DNA of 64,000 nucleotides from Azolla caroliniana (lineage: Eukaryota; Plantae; Polypodiophyta). Location of the stretch: the NCBI GenBank assembly GCA_043228905.1, contig JBHGNT010000022.1, forward strand, positions 7,254,001 to 7,318,000, in the 5' to 3' direction. The position numbers were made by a program, and so were the translations under genes. The notes below the pieces were generated by a model. It worked only from the letters and a program-made list of their open reading frames with translations, had not been told where the DNA came from and ran no database searches. This document shows, piece after piece, positions 62,201-64,000 of this stretch. Each line of letters opens with the position of its first letter. Position 1 is the stretch's first letter.

Positions 62201-64000
62201 GATAATGAACTCCGAGTCGACCGGTAAGGATCGATTCTACGATGAGCAGACCCAACCGGCAAGACATCGGTTAGCACTCAAGGGACCAGCCGGTTACGGT
62301 GAGGATACCGAACAGGCTGAAGGAAAAGTAGAGGAAGCAGAAACCGGAACCGGCCAAGACCCCGAATCAGATTCGGATGAAGAGCAGAGTGGTGAGCCGG
62401 TCACCGAAGCCCAGAGACGGAGATATCCTCTCAGAGAGAGAAGGGTCCATCGGAGATTTCCGGATGCAGAGCATGTTTTGCTGACCGATGAAGGGGAGCC
62501 GGAAAGCTTCAAAGAAGCGAAGGATGACACCCACAACTGAAAATGGTTAAGTGCCATGCAGGATGAGATGGATTCCCTGCATGAGAACCATACGTACGAA
62601 TTGGTGGAGTTGCCGAAAGAAAAGCGGGCACTCCGAAACAAGTGGGTGTACAAGTTGAAACCGGGAGATGCCGGCGACCCCCCGAGATACCAAGCCAGGA
62701 TCGTGGTGAAGGGGTTCCAGCAGAAGAAGAGCGTGGACTTCGACGAGATATTTGCCCCGGTAGTAAAGATGACCTCCATCCGGACGGTGCTGAGTATAGC
62801 AGCAAGCATGGACCTCGAGGTAGAGCAGCTGGACGGGAAGACGGCATTCCTTCACAGCGACCTCGAAGAGGAGATCTACATGCAGCAACCGGAAGGATTC
62901 GTGGAGAAAGGGAAGGAGCACCTGGTATGCCGGTTGAAGAAGAGCCTGTACGGACTGAAGCAGGCTCCCCGACAATGGTACCGGAAGTTCGACTCCTTCA
63001 TGACCGATCAAGGGTACCACAAGACGCAGGCCGATCACTGCGTGTTTCTGAAGAAGTTCGAAGGAGGTGACTTCTTGATACTCCTTCTGTACGTGGATGA
63101 CATGTTGATCGTCGGACGTGACCAAGTCAAAATACAGATGCTGAAGACGGCTCTCAACCGGACCTTCTCAATGAAAGACTTGGGTCCAGCAAGACATATG
63201 CTGGGGATGCACATCATCCGGAACCGGTCAAAGAAGCAATTATGGCTATCACAGGAGAAGTATGTGACAAAGGTGCTTCACCGGTTCAAAATGTCAGATG
63301 CGAAACCGGTCGGATCGACACTTCCGGCAAACTGCAAGCTATCCGGCAAGCAAAGCTCGAAGACGAAAGCAAAGAAGGCGGATATGATGAAGATCCCATA
63401 TGCCTCTTCCGTCGGGAGCTTGATGTACGCAATGGTGTGTACCCGACCGGATATAGGATACGCAGTCGGACTGGTGAGCCGGTTTATAAGCAATCCCGGC
63501 AAGGAGCACTGGAACGCGGTCAAATGGATACTGCGGTATTTGAAGGGCACTTCAAATATGTGTCTCCGATTCGGCTCCGGAAAACCTCAACTGGACGGTT
63601 TCACCGATTCGGACATGTCGGCTGATGTGGATACCAGCCGGTCTACATCCGGATATGTAATGACATATGTAGGGGGAGCTGTTTTGTGGCAGTCGAGGCT
63701 GCAGAAGACAGTTGCATTGTCAACCACAGAGGCGGAGTACATGGCGGCTGTGGAAGCCGGCAAGGAAATATTATGGATGAAGGACTTCATTGGAGAGCTT
63801 GGTATCCGGCAAGGGGAATACCTACTCTATTGCGACAGTCAAAGTGCCATCCACCTTGCTAAGAATGCGGCCTACCATTCTCGGATGAAGCATATCCAGC
63901 GAAGAGATCACTGGATCCGGGAAAGAGTAGATGACCAGGAGTTCGCGTTGACGAAGATCCACACGGCCGAGAACGGGTCAGATATGCTGACTAAAGTGCT
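59202..64000 (+). mobile_element. Element L: mildly decayed copia running off the window end
   Basis: 5' LTR 59202-59995 with ~60-bp internal tandem repeats, PBS 59998-60009, and gag-protease-integrase-RT-RNase H with a few stops and frameshifts. Confidence 0.92.

Overview
Gene-poor eukaryotic heterochromatin, almost certainly from a land plant. The plant tRNA-iMet, tRNA-Trp and tRNA-Arg primer-binding sites support this; the element types suggest a non-seed plant, which is inference only. The window is a pile of nested LTR retrotransposons whose boundaries can mostly be fixed by target-site duplications (TSDs). It includes a five-level nest: copia fragment > copia 32328-57485 > copia 35094-55647 > gypsy 36978-52375 > an intact young copia at 43475-48830 with apparently identical LTRs and a 1338-aa Gag-Pol. 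Two non-LTR relics are present: an intron-containing Sola-like DDD transposase (about 6.2-9.2 kb) and an intron-containing pseudogene whose last exon resembles the N-terminal half of a beta-class N4C/N6A DNA methyltransferase (DIPY motif, about 28.5-29.7 kb). The most unusual signals are (1) this methyltransferase relic, (2) a gypsy family with a tRNA-Arg 3'-end mimic in place of a polypurine tract (PPT) before its 3' LTR, and (3) a tRNA-Trp-primed gypsy family with an antisense tRNA-like A/B-box cassette in its LTRs and 4-bp CpG-centred targets. All coordinates were read by eye and no database searches were run.
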